Virus record (IMG/VR): IMGVR_UViG_3300045988_094163
DNA length: 48,996 bases
Source: a virus
Direction: 5' to 3' (one strand)
The position numbers and the translations under genes are program-made. Shown here one piece after another: positions 1 to 7,773 of this stretch (positions are counted from its first letter, which is position 1; each line of letters starts with the position of its first letter). The notes beneath the pieces are model-generated. The model was not told the DNA's origin. It ran no database searches and saw only the letters and a list, made by a program, of their open reading frames with translations.

Positions 1-77
1 AGGATAGACATTGCCTTAGTGTTATCATTCAATGGTTTAAACAACATCACAAACAATCCAATCAAAGAGGATAAACA
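1..77. repeat. 77-bp exact direct repeat of the window ends (1-77 = 48920-48996). This is an assembly overlap of a circular or circularly permuted genome; unique length is 48919 bp.
   Basis: Both termini read aggatagacattgccttagtg...atcaaagaggataaaca. An ORF continues in frame across the junction. Confidence 0.95.
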
Positions 78-113
78 CAAAACCAACATTCCTAAAAATT
101 CTATTTTACTCAT
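1..113 (-). CDS. 5-prime part of a BhlA/UviB-like holin-type membrane protein. It continues at 48742-48919 across the junction (96 aa in total).
   Basis: ATG at 113-111 with GGGGTGG 7 nt upstream. N-terminal TM helix (MSKIEFLGMLVLCLSSLIGLFVMLF) followed by a charged coiled-coil tail. Lies directly upstream of a second holin and the endolysin. Confidence 0.5.
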   Translation of the reverse strand, partial: MSKIEFLGMLVLCLSSLIGLFVMLFKPLNDNTKAMSI

Positions 114-124
114 TTATACCACCC

Positions 125-1429
125 CTATTTATTTACTTGTTTATATGTTGCTTGTATGCCTACTGGTAACTCTCCACCGTCTACTGTGACTACTGTAGTT
201 GGATAGTAGGTTGTTAATGCTCGGATTGCATCTTGTTCTTCTTGCGGAAGTGGAATGAATTCTGTTTCTGATTTATGCCATAATTCTATAGGATTATTTA
301 TCAGCCATTCTTTCCATTGTTCTATTGTCTGAACCGATTCATTTGGTTGTCTAAAATATCTAGTCGGTACTCTTTGTTCCACATGATCGCTATATAATCC
401 ATACTTTCCTCTATGTTCTTTGGCGTATGCATAATTGACATTTTTAAATGTTTTACAAAAGCTTGTTTGATTTCCACCCAATGAACCAATAATATTCGTT
501 GAAAAAGTGAAATTATCCTCTTCATTAGGGTCTATACGGAAAACTTTCCAACTTGTTTTTTCATTTAATACGGATTTTTTACTTCCATACAACCACCCAA
601 TCTGTCCATCTTGTTCTACAAGCTTGTCCCATTTTGTAATAGGACGGTCGGATGTGAGAGTGAGGACTTGCTCTTTGCTCCAATTCTGCTCGGCGTTGGT
701 AACTTTCACATCCACTTCATACTTCTGTGTTTCCTCATTCCACTTTCCAACGTTCTTGATTTCTTGTGGATAATCGGGTGATGGGGATGGTTTACCTCCT
801 GTGTATGGCTCATAAGGAGATGCTTTGTCTCCAACCTCCACCATAAGCTTAGATGTGTTATTCTCAAGAACCTTATCAAAATTTAACTTCCCAATCTCTC
901 CATCGGTAATAGCCATTATAACAAGATATTTTGTATCTTCTTCGGTAGTAATAGTTAAAGGTTTATCTAATGTTGTTTCAGCCGTTTTAGTAATCTTAAC
1001 ATTAAACGCTGGGAGTTCCGATGTTAAACCAACCCTATTTTTTCTTGTCATATCATTGTTAATATTTTTTCTACCATGTATTGTGTAGGTTGTGTTTGGT
1101 TCACAGGGCAAATACACCACAGCATTACTAGAATATGGTACAATTTCTTTATTTTCTCCGTGATAAAAATATGCATGTAAATAATTGTCTGTTAGTTTAA
1201 ACAACTGCTTCCCAGTTGTACTATCTTGATGTGAATTACCTAAGATGTTTAAATCTGTTACAACATCTTTAAACTTTCCTACCTTTGGATTATTCAACAC
1301 AACTGTGTTTTCTCCATTTATTGTATCAAAAACAAATTGTTCTGTCAACCCCAAACTTCCATATATTTTGTTATGTTTGTACAACATTACCATGTCGTTT
1401 CTGCCATATATTTGTTGTTTGTCTTGCAT
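125..1429 (-). CDS. Putative receptor-binding / tail-fibre-like structural protein (434 aa)
   Basis: AGGAGG 8 nt upstream of the ATG. Beta-rich sequence with a PSPSPDYPQEIKNVG linker motif of the kind seen in Gram-positive phage fibre or baseplate proteins. Family not firmly recognised. Confidence 0.3.
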   Translation of the reverse strand: MQDKQQIYGRNDMVMLYKHNKIYGSLGLTEQFVFDTINGENTVVLNNPKVGKFKDVVTDLNILGNSHQDSTTGKQLFKLTDNYLHAYFYHGENKEIVPYSSNAVVYLPCEPNTTYTIHGRKNINNDMTRKNRVGLTSELPAFNVKITKTAETTLDKPLTITTEEDTKYLVIMAITDGEIGKLNFDKVLENNTSKLMVEVGDKASPYEPYTGGKPSPSPDYPQEIKNVGKWNEETQKYEVDVKVTNAEQNWSKEQVLTLTSDRPITKWDKLVEQDGQIGWLYGSKKSVLNEKTSWKVFRIDPNEEDNFTFSTNIIGSLGGNQTSFCKTFKNVNYAYAKEHRGKYGLYSDHVEQRVPTRYFRQPNESVQTIEQWKEWLINNPIELWHKSETEFIPLPQEEQDAIRALTTYYPTTVVTVDGGELPVGIQATYKQVNK

Positions 1430-1440
1430 TGCATCACCTC

Positions 1441-1719
1441 CTAAAAATCAACAGATGCAACCTCTACCATACCTGCAACAACACTTGTTACCTTAACAAT
1501 GTTTGTACTCTCTGCTGTTCCTGTTGTTTTATCGTCTATGTTATTAAACACACGCTCCCAACTTCCTGCACCAATCACAGAACCATTTTCATTGTTTCCT
1601 AGTTTTACTGTAATCATATCATCTGTCATGTTTTTCACAAGAAACTGACTTCTCTTTAGCTTCATGTTAAAAATTGCTTCTTTTCCAGCTTCCAACTGTT
1701 TTTGCATAACATCTTTCAT
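1441..1719 (-). CDS. Hypothetical protein (92 aa)
   Basis: AAGGAGGG RBS, tight packing with neighbours, purine-rich coding strand like the rest of the genome. Confidence 0.6.
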   Translation of the reverse strand: MKDVMQKQLEAGKEAIFNMKLKRSQFLVKNMTDDMITVKLGNNENGSVIGAGSWERVFNNIDDKTTGTAESTNIVKVTSVVAGMVEVASVDF

Positions 1720-1720
1720 C

Positions 1721-1960
1721 TCATACCCTCCTTATTCCACTTGCTATCGTTCGTCCTGTCTGTTCTTCTTTTTTCTCTATTACTGGTGGTTCTTTTACAC
1801 AGGCTAGGAACTCTGGCTCTCTTCCTTCCAGAATCGCTGTTGCCATCTCTAACCCATTATACAACCCCACCATGTAATCATCTGTTGATTTCTCAAAACT
1901 CTGTTTCTGTAAATCTCTGATGCCTTTTACTTGTTTTGTTTTACTTCTCAATGTGTTCAT
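1721..1960 (-). CDS. Hypothetical protein (79 aa)
   Basis: AAAGGAGAACAGAGAGAGA-ATG context. First gene after terL exon 2. Confidence 0.6.
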   Translation of the reverse strand: MNTLRSKTKQVKGIRDLQKQSFEKSTDDYMVGLYNGLEMATAILEGREPEFLACVKEPPVIEKKEEQTGRTIASGIRRV

Positions 1961-1985
1961 TCTCTCTCTGTTCTCCTTTCTGCTC

Positions 1986-2005
1986 TACGTTTCACATGAA
2001 ACATT
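1986..2005 (-). repeat. Copy 1 of an exact 20-nt repeat (tacgtttcacatgaaacatt) that forms a small hairpin just after the terL stop codon
   Basis: Identical 20-mer at 20790-20809 just after the dnaE stop. On the minus strand it reads AAUGUUUCAUGUGAAACGUA (arms GUUUCA/UGAAAC). Confidence 0.8.
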
Positions 2006-2309
2006 ATCCTGCTTTACTGTTTGTTTTAATCTCCTTCACATCTGCAACGGTATATGTGTCCAACGCATACCACAACGCAGAGAATGTATGTGGGTCAATG
2101 TTAAATTCATCATAGATTGCATTGCCCCTTGAATCCCTCTTATATGTAAGGTCTTTCAACTCTCGGATTGTGTTCTTACATCTAGGGGAACAAACTATCT
2201 TGTTAAATCGTTTCATCTTCTTTGTGTTCTGTAAACGACTTCCAATGTACTTTTTCGCTCCATACATGTTGTACCCTTGCTGTCTGTAAAACTGAATTGT
2301 TTTGGGCTC
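2004..2309 (-). CDS. terL: Terminase large subunit, exon 2 (C-terminal 101 aa)
   Basis: [14 protein letters not shown]...[17 protein letters not shown]...[12 protein letters not shown] is the C-terminal end of the nuclease domain of PBSX/T4-type large terminases. No ATG of its own (the track start is TTG). Joins in frame to ...CADSA at 3149. Confidence 0.85.
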   Translation of the reverse strand, partial: EPKTIQFYRQQGYNMYGAKKYIGSRLQNTKKMKRFNKIVCSPRCKNTIRELKDLTYKRDSRGNAIYDEFNIDPHTFSALWYALDTYTVADVKEIKTNSKAG

Positions 2310-3148
2310 CAATATATTCTGTATAGATCGCTACTCTATACACGTTCTCTTATGAACTGCTTATACTTTCATATAAGTTTAGACTATATCTTAGCATTTC
2401 TGCTCCATGCTTTTCCACACGCTTGTGTGTACTCTACTCACTTCCATTACATTTTGGATATCTAACATAATGTGTTTTCGATAGTCGTTGAATAGCTTGT
2501 TCTTTCGTTAGTTTTTGATATGAGAACAAATATCCTTTATGTTGTCTTTCAATTCCTCTGCATACATTTGCAACATGTGAGCTATTAAACCCATCATAAT
2601 GTGCTTCTTTTGTAGAGATATAACTTTTTATAAAATACCCATTGCTATCATACATATAAACTTTCTTTGATAAACTCCAATCATTGTTCTCCTTTGGAGT
2701 CACCCAACACAAATTATCTGCATTATTATTTTTTCTATTTTCGTCTTTATGATTAACATATTTTCTTTTTGATGTTTCTCCTTTTACAAAAGCCTTTGCA
2801 ACTAATCTGTTTACCCTAACATAATTTACTTTGTTGTGTTTTGTTGTAAGAGCAACATTCAAATAACCACCTGTTTTCTCATACTGCTTTAATTCTTTTC
2901 TATGAGAGACATCTACAACCTTTCCTCCGTTTGTTCTAAGAGAAAATACTCTTCCATCATAAGAAACATAATATCCATCGTTTATATGTTCAAACCCTTT
3001 TATTTTATTTATTTGTTTCACTTTCATATCAAAATCCTCCGTTTACTTTAAACTACTACTGATTACCCAATCCTTAAAATTGTCACGCTACGGTATTTAA
3101 GGCTCTAAGGGCTTCCCAGTATTTAACATGGTTAAGTACCAAAATTTT
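2310..3148 (-). mobile_element. Group I self-splicing intron (839 nt) interrupting terL and carrying an HNH homing endonuclease ORF
   Basis: 5-prime splice site after U (GCU|AAAAUUUU) and last intron base G (2310). P1: exon AGUGCU (3154-3149) pairs with intron GGUACU (3140-3135), giving the U-G wobble. R-like CAACGACUAUCG (2490-2479) and S-like AAGAUAUAGUCU (2392-2381) can form P7 (GACUAU/AUAGUC). The exons rejoin as ADSA-EPKT. Confidence 0.8.
2434..3027 (-). CDS. HNH homing endonuclease (HNH_3 type with NUMOD-like DNA-binding modules), intron-encoded
   Basis: GGAGG 8 nt upstream of ATG 3027. N-terminal GYYVSYDGRVFS module and HNH core YVNHKDENRKNNNADNLCWVTPKENN. Lies entirely inside the terL intron, and its 3-prime end overlaps the intron core. 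Confidence 0.85.
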   Translation of the reverse strand: MKVKQINKIKGFEHINDGYYVSYDGRVFSLRTNGGKVVDVSHRKELKQYEKTGGYLNVALTTKHNKVNYVRVNRLVAKAFVKGETSKRKYVNHKDENRKNNNADNLCWVTPKENNDWSLSKKVYMYDSNGYFIKSYISTKEAHYDGFNSSHVANVCRGIERQHKGYLFSYQKLTKEQAIQRLSKTHYVRYPKCNGSE

Positions 3149-4201
3149 AGCACTATCTGCACAAATAGGCTTTTCACATCTTCCTGCCCTCTCCGCTACT
3201 GCACGAACATCTTGTCTCTGTGAGAATCTATCATCTGTTATCTGATTCATGTACACTTCATCATAAATGTACAGCACTTTGTTTGCATCATCAACACAAC
3301 AACTGATAAGCGCATTGTAACTCTCTTCAAAACCAAAATCAAGACCAAAGAAATGGAATTGCGAAGAAATGCTGTTCACCTTCCGTTTGAACTCTCTGCT
3401 GTCCTTCGCAACAACAAAGTTCGGAAGTACCCTTGTTCCATTCGCTCCAAACCTTCCCCACCTTGCAACAACCCACAATTGTTTGTCTGTTCTCTTCAAT
3501 CCATCCAGACGGCGAATGTATGAAACAGGCAGGAACGGGTTATCATCTGGTAGGCTGTGATGATAATAAACACCATTCTTTTTGTTCACCAATGTTCTAC
3601 GTCTGTAAAACTCTTCTGGACTTTGTATTGTTCTCTCTCTTCCTTTATCATCTGTATGCACAAAAAAGGTATTGTATACCCAATTTTCCTTGCCGACAGG
3701 GTTTGTTGTTAAGATAAAATGCAACGTCACTTTAGGCTCTCTGATACGCCCTAGCAATTCGGTATATGCTTCATAACGGATTTCGCTACATTCTTCCATC
3801 CAAACAATGCTGACACCGTGAATGGACTTGATTTTCTCCGTATTATCCATTCCTCGGAATATGATTCTTGAACCATTCGGAAAACGGATTTCCAAAGGGC
3901 TAGAAATCGCAACCACTTTGTCCCCCTTTGGTCTGTGATTGTTTCTTACCGCTTCGTCTGATAACAACCCCATCTTTTCAAGGATTTCTTTAAACAATGC
4001 GAAACAAGATTCTTTGATTGTTTCACGCACTTGTCTTACCACCAATGCTGTTCGTTTTTCTTCCAGAAGTTTTAGTATAATCTTCAATGCTACATGGTAA
4101 CTCTTTCCGCTACCATACCCACCCAATAACAGGTATTGTTCATAATCCCAATCGGTTAGAAAAGAAGCAAATCTGTTTGACACTTCAATGTTCACATCCA
4201 T
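3149..4201 (-). CDS. terL: Terminase large subunit, exon 1 (351 aa); the spliced product is 452 aa
   Basis: Start moved to ATG 4201 (AAGGAG 9 nt upstream) because the track M1 at 4297 lies upstream of the predicted transcription start. Walker A LLLGGYGSGKSY, Walker B SIVWMEE, nuclease motifs FGLDFGFEES and ICADSA. After ADSA the frame runs only 21 codons into the intron. Confidence 0.9.
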
Positions 4202-4229
4202 GTTTGTTTGCTCCTTTGTTTTAATATGC

Positions 4230-4290
4230 ACAAAACAGATAAGTGGCAAATGTACACAATCTGATGTACACCGAACCTTATCTGTTTTGT
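4230..4290 (-). promoter_or_regulatory. 5-prime-terminal stem-loop of the terL mRNA leader (stabiliser, attenuator or protein-binding site)
   Basis: 14-bp perfect inverted repeat acaaaacagataag (4230-4243) / cttatctgttttgt (4277-4290) enclosing a UGUACA/UGUACA inner stem. It begins within a few nt of the predicted +1 of promoter 4298-4327. Confidence 0.6.
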
Positions 4291-4297
4291 CTATCAT

Positions 4298-4327
4298 ATT
4301 ATACCATATTCAATTATTGTTCGTCAA
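4298..4327 (-). promoter_or_regulatory. Sigma-A-type promoter for terL
   Basis: Minus strand TTGACG (4327-4322), 18-nt spacer, TGgTATAAT (-10 at 4303-4298). Confidence 0.7.
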
Positions 4328-4330
4328 GGT

Positions 4331-4864
4331 TTATTCAAAAATTTCTTTTAAGAAATCAACAAAACCTTTCATGTTCTCATAATCATCTTCGTCTATTTCG
4401 TCCTCTTCCTCAAATGCCTGCATCTCTTTCTCACGTCTATTTAATTCCTCATTCATTCCAGAAATATCAATCATGCGTTCTGTGAGACAACCGAGTGCAA
4501 TCTGTCCATATTTAATTATTCCCTCTTCGCACTTGCTTAACTTTAACTGTTCCTTTCTTTCACTCATAACACTGAACAATGTATTGATTCCATTTGCAAT
4601 ACAACCCTGTGCAATCTCGATTTCTTTCAGATGTTTCAAAATCTGCTCGTTTGTTACTTCCTTTGCCGCTTTCTCGGAAACAACCTCAAATTCTTCTTCT
4701 TTCCACTTGAGGACATTGTTTAAATCATACGAACCAAAGCCGATGTTATAATCATCGTTCCCGACTTCTCTGTACTTAATCTCATAATACGGTTTGTTCG
4801 CAATACCTCTTACGATAACCTCAATGTCATCTACAACTAATTTGTTACCTTTGTTCTCACTCAT
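4331..4864 (-). CDS. Hypothetical protein (177 aa); a small-terminase candidate by position only
   Basis: ATG 4864 with GAAGGAG upstream (the track M1 lies inside the promoter). Coiled-coil C-terminal half. Ends with the acidic module QAFEEEDEIDEDDYENM, which it shares with 10749-11432. Confidence 0.3.
   Translation of the reverse strand: MSENKGNKLVVDDIEVIVRGIANKPYYEIKYREVGNDDYNIGFGSYDLNNVLKWKEEEFEVVSEKAAKEVTNEQILKHLKEIEIAQGCIANGINTLFSVMSERKEQLKLSKCEEGIIKYGQIALGCLTERMIDISGMNEELNRREKEMQAFEEEDEIDEDDYENMKGFVDFLKEIFE
4369..4421. repeat. Copy A of a 53-bp dispersed repeat (51/53 identical to 11081-11133)
   Basis: tcatgttctcataatcatcttcgtct[at/gc]ttcgtcctcttcctcaaatgcctgc. Encodes QAFEEEDE[I/A]DEDDYENM in both genes. 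Confidence 0.9.
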
Positions 4865-4912
4865 GTTTTGTTCTCCTTCACTTATTATTTTCTTACTTCC
4901 TTTGATGATTAT

Positions 4913-4940
4913 ATTATAACACAATATAACAGAAAGTCAA
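4913..4940 (-). promoter_or_regulatory. Sigma-A-type promoter
   Basis: TTGACT (4940-4935), 16-nt spacer, TGtTATAAT (-10 at 4918-4913). Confidence 0.65.
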
Positions 4941-4968
4941 CAGTTATTTGTAAATATTTTGTAATAAA

Positions 4969-4997
4969 ATAAAAAAGGACAGAAACAATGTTCTGCC
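4969..4997 (-). terminator. Intrinsic terminator after the GT-like gene
   Basis: Minus strand GGCAGAA...UUCUGUCC (7 bp with one bulge) followed by UUUUUU. Confidence 0.55.
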
Positions 4998-5007
4998 CCT
5001 CTCTCTG

Positions 5008-5817
5008 TTAGATTCCCTTAATAGGTATCTTGATAATTGGATTATAGTCAATGTACTTTCTATTCTTTTTGCTTCGTCCTTTGTTTGATGTGTCCAACCT
5101 TACTATGTTGCTTCCCCACTTTTTACGCAACAACTCAAACTGTTCCTTTTCCCTTTCCATATTACGGTACATTGCACAACCGCCCTTTTGTTCTGACTGC
5201 CTACACACATAATGGTATTTGTTCAATCTCAATGCCCCTCTATACAGATTCATGTTCTGTAAAGTCATGTCATAATCTTCTTTTAATGGAAGTCTTTCAT
5301 CATATCTAAGTTCATTCCCTTTTAAAAAACACTGGAAAGGACCTCCTATATAGGATGTAGTGCTGAATGGTGAATACTGCCTATAAGACATTGTATCACT
5401 GTTACAATTCAATCCCCAGAATTTAAAACCCCAGTCATGGCACAATAAAGAATAACGATATAAGAAATCTAGTATTTCATCTGATTTTACTTTGACCTTT
5501 TCATACGCATATGCTTCGTCTTCTGACATTTCAAAATGTTCGATTGCTCGTAAATCATCATCGATCAATAAAACAATATCTGCACCATTTTCAAACTCTG
5601 TGTCAAGGATATAATTTCTTACTCTGCACAGATTTCCCTGCACCCCTTTCGGACACTTAACAATATTCCCATTATGTTTTGGGTTAAACTCTAAATATGT
5701 TTCATATTCTTCTGGCGCAACATAAACTTTACAGAAAGGAATATAACTTAGTGTCTCAACCTTATACCGTTTATAAGACGGACAAGCAACGATGATTTCT
5801 TTTCCCTTATACTTCAT
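5008..5817 (-). CDS. Putative GT-A-fold glycosyltransferase-like protein (269 aa)
   Basis: N-terminal beta strand IIVACPSYKR, DXD-like LLIDDDL after a hydrophobic strand, and PLKEDYDMTLQ downstream. The start overlaps the stop of the ParB-like gene by 11 nt. Assignment rests on the motif pattern only. Confidence 0.35.
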   Translation of the reverse strand: MKYKGKEIIVACPSYKRYKVETLSYIPFCKVYVAPEEYETYLEFNPKHNGNIVKCPKGVQGNLCRVRNYILDTEFENGADIVLLIDDDLRAIEHFEMSEDEAYAYEKVKVKSDEILDFLYRYSLLCHDWGFKFWGLNCNSDTMSYRQYSPFSTTSYIGGPFQCFLKGNELRYDERLPLKEDYDMTLQNMNLYRGALRLNKYHYVCRQSEQKGGCAMYRNMEREKEQFELLRKKWGSNIVRLDTSNKGRSKKNRKYIDYNPIIKIPIKGI

Positions 5818-6463
5818 TACTTGTCACCCTTTCTAACGCTTTCTGACCGTCTAGCACTCTTCCTACTCCTGCTCTCATGCCGAATGATTTCTTGTTTCCT
5901 TTCTTCTTTGTTGGGTACGCCTTTGCTTTCTCAATTCCAAACAATCCCATAGCATTGAGCCAATCAATCTTATTGTTGAACTTCAACACGATGTAATTGT
6001 TTTCTTCATTCAGTATCTCTGTGAATGGTACATCTGGTTCAACTTCTATTGTTTCATCTTCCAGTGCATCAATACTAAACCCAAACACTTCCATGTCTAT
6101 GTCCGATTTTAGAAGTTCACTGATTTCTTCATTAATCAATGTTTCATCATAACTTGATTCTGCTGTTTTGTTCTCAATCAATCTCCAAGCCTTGATTTGT
6201 TCCTCTGTCATATCATCCAGACAGATTGTAGGCACTTGTGTTAGCCCTGCTTTCTTTGCCGCAAGGATTCTTCCATGACCTTCAACAACATAATCATCTT
6301 TGTCAATTGCTACTGCCCTGTGTTCAAAGAACCCGAACTGCTTAATACTGTTCATAATTCTTTCAACCTGTTCTTTCGGATGTTTCTTTGCATTCTTCTT
6401 ATATGGTTTTAACTCTCTTATGTTTCTGTATGTTATCTTGATACCACTTGCTTTTGTTACCAT
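5807..6463 (-). CDS. ParB/Srx N-terminal (ParB-like nuclease) domain protein (218 aa)
   Basis: LKPYKKNAKKHPKEQVERIMNSIKQFGF ... VVEGHGRILAAKKAGLTQVP matches the ParBc pattern. Confidence 0.7.
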   Translation of the reverse strand: MVTKASGIKITYRNIRELKPYKKNAKKHPKEQVERIMNSIKQFGFFEHRAVAIDKDDYVVEGHGRILAAKKAGLTQVPTICLDDMTEEQIKAWRLIENKTAESSYDETLINEEISELLKSDIDMEVFGFSIDALEDETIEVEPDVPFTEILNEENNYIVLKFNNKIDWLNAMGLFGIEKAKAYPTKKKGNKKSFGMRAGVGRVLDGQKALERVTSNEV

Positions 6464-6576
6464 GTATTCTATGCCCCTTTCTATGTTCTTTGTTCTGTCT
6501 TTGTTCTAAATGGTATGTTATGTTCTATTGTTCTTTGTATACTTGTTATATACTATTCTTGTATGAACTCATAGAA

Positions 6577-6903
6577 CTATTCTAACAATCTTTGTTCTGT
6601 CCTGTCAAGTTTATATAGTTTCCTTTCTCTGACTTCCCTTTCGTTTCCTAATAGGTACTTGATTTGTTCTAACAGAAGTTCCACATCTGCAATCTCGTCT
6701 ACTATCATATATTCTGCATGACACATGTCTGTCTGGCATGTTTTATCTCCCTGTAAGATTCTCTGATACTTGCTTAACGCTTGTATGAGTTCTCCACATT
6801 CTTCTGTACACTGTAATAATCTGTTTTCAATCCCAAACTGTTCTGCTTGCTTCCTTGTGTATTTATCTATCTGTATTTGTTTTAATTCTGCATCAGTTGC
6901 CAT
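6577..6903 (-). CDS. mazG: MazG-like all-alpha nucleoside triphosphate pyrophosphohydrolase (108 aa)
   Basis: EECGELIQALSKYQR and VDEIADVELLLEQIKYLL correspond to the metal-binding helices of MazG-type NTP-PPases. Confidence 0.65.
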   Translation of the reverse strand: MATDAELKQIQIDKYTRKQAEQFGIENRLLQCTEECGELIQALSKYQRILQGDKTCQTDMCHAEYMIVDEIADVELLLEQIKYLLGNEREVRERKLYKLDRTEQRLLE

Positions 6904-7039
6904 TTGCTTTCACCTCAAACAATGTTATGTTATTCAAATAACAATACTCCATGATGTCTTTGTATTCTTTTGTTATGTTATGCTTCTTTGCATACTTTCT
7001 TACATAACTGTCTATGTCCTTCTGTAATTTACTTTTCAT
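6893..7039 (-). CDS. Small hypothetical protein (48 aa), below the track cutoff
   Basis: MKSKLQKDIDSYVRKYAKKHNITKEYKDIMEYCYLNNITLFEVKANGN. GGGAG just upstream. Overlaps the stop of 7029-7439 and the mazG start, filling an otherwise empty 125-nt gap. Confidence 0.45.
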   Translation of the reverse strand: MKSKLQKDIDSYVRKYAKKHNITKEYKDIMEYCYLNNITLFEVKANGN

Positions 7040-7439
7040 GTTCTCCCACCTTTTCTGCAAACATGGAAAACTGTTCGTCCTGCACTAACTTGATTCCTGC
7101 ATATTCTTCTGTCAGTGCTACCATTTCGGACATCTTCACCACACCACTTGTAAATGCTTCATATAGGCTCATACAATCATCTACAAACTTTGGTATGCGC
7201 TTCTTTGCTGACTTCTGCCAATAATCAGACACCAACACATTTGTTGGAATTACCAGCATCATTGTTAGTATTTGTTCTGCTAAAACATTTGTCTTATCAA
7301 GAATCACCTGTTTTGCCTTTTGCTGTTCTTCCCTTCTGATTCTTTGTTCTAACTGTTCCAACTCCCTTGCTGTAAGTGTGTAGGTTTTGTTATCCTTTTT
7401 CTGTTCTCTCTGTTTCCTTCTTAATTCTGCTCTGCTCAT
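7029..7439 (-). CDS. Hypothetical protein (136 aa)
   Basis: ATG 7439 preferred over the track TTG 7445 (GAGG 6 nt upstream). Basic N-terminus RRKQREQKKD followed by a coiled coil. Confidence 0.6.
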   Translation of the reverse strand: MSRAELRRKQREQKKDNKTYTLTARELEQLEQRIRREEQQKAKQVILDKTNVLAEQILTMMLVIPTNVLVSDYWQKSAKKRIPKFVDDCMSLYEAFTSGVVKMSEMVALTEEYAGIKLVQDEQFSMFAEKVGEHEK

Positions 7440-7448
7440 ATTCAACCT

Positions 7449-7769
7449 CTATTCTGTATATAAAATATACTGTTGCTGTTCTCCATTTTTCCCATTGTTC
7501 AGAATCTTAATTTGTCCATAGACTTCTGTTGTGACTTCTTCTCCTGTGTTTGGGTTTTGTGTAATGATTGTAACTGTACCCATATTGTTTGGTTCTGGTA
7601 TCACAATTTCCAATGGTTCTGGTTTATATTCTTCTACAACTGCTGTTTCTTGTTCCTGTTTCCCTTTTGTTGTAATATGATTGATAATATAACAAGATAA
7701 CAAGATTATACTTGCTATCATTACTATCTGTGATACTACAAACAAGGCTGTTTTTATTTTGTTCTTCAT
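7449..7769 (-). CDS. Membrane-anchored hypothetical protein (106 aa)
   Basis: N-terminal TM helix ALFVVSQIVMIASIILLSCYII. GGAG RBS. Confidence 0.6.
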   Translation of the reverse strand: MKNKIKTALFVVSQIVMIASIILLSCYIINHITTKGKQEQETAVVEEYKPEPLEIVIPEPNNMGTVTIITQNPNTGEEVTTEVYGQIKILNNGKNGEQQQYILYTE

Positions 7770-7773
7770 TTCT

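Noticed and set aside
4202-4297. N-terminal extensions of track ORFs (terL M1 at 4297, portal M1 at 47367, 4331-4924 M1, 17710-18294 M1, 23617-24522 M1)
   Set aside because: These start codons lie inside or upstream of the -10 boxes of mapped promoters, or lack an RBS. Downstream starts with GGAGG-type sites were used instead.
6484-6534. Five copies of TGTTCT (AGAACA on the coding strand) in the leader of the ParB-like gene, and the recurrent GGAGAACAAAAC-ATG initiation context at more than ten genes
   Set aside because: The hexamer is very common throughout this purine-rich coding strand and forms part of the shared RBS spacer. Without counting its genome-wide frequency I cannot claim enrichment. 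Noted as a possible A/C-rich translational enhancer only.
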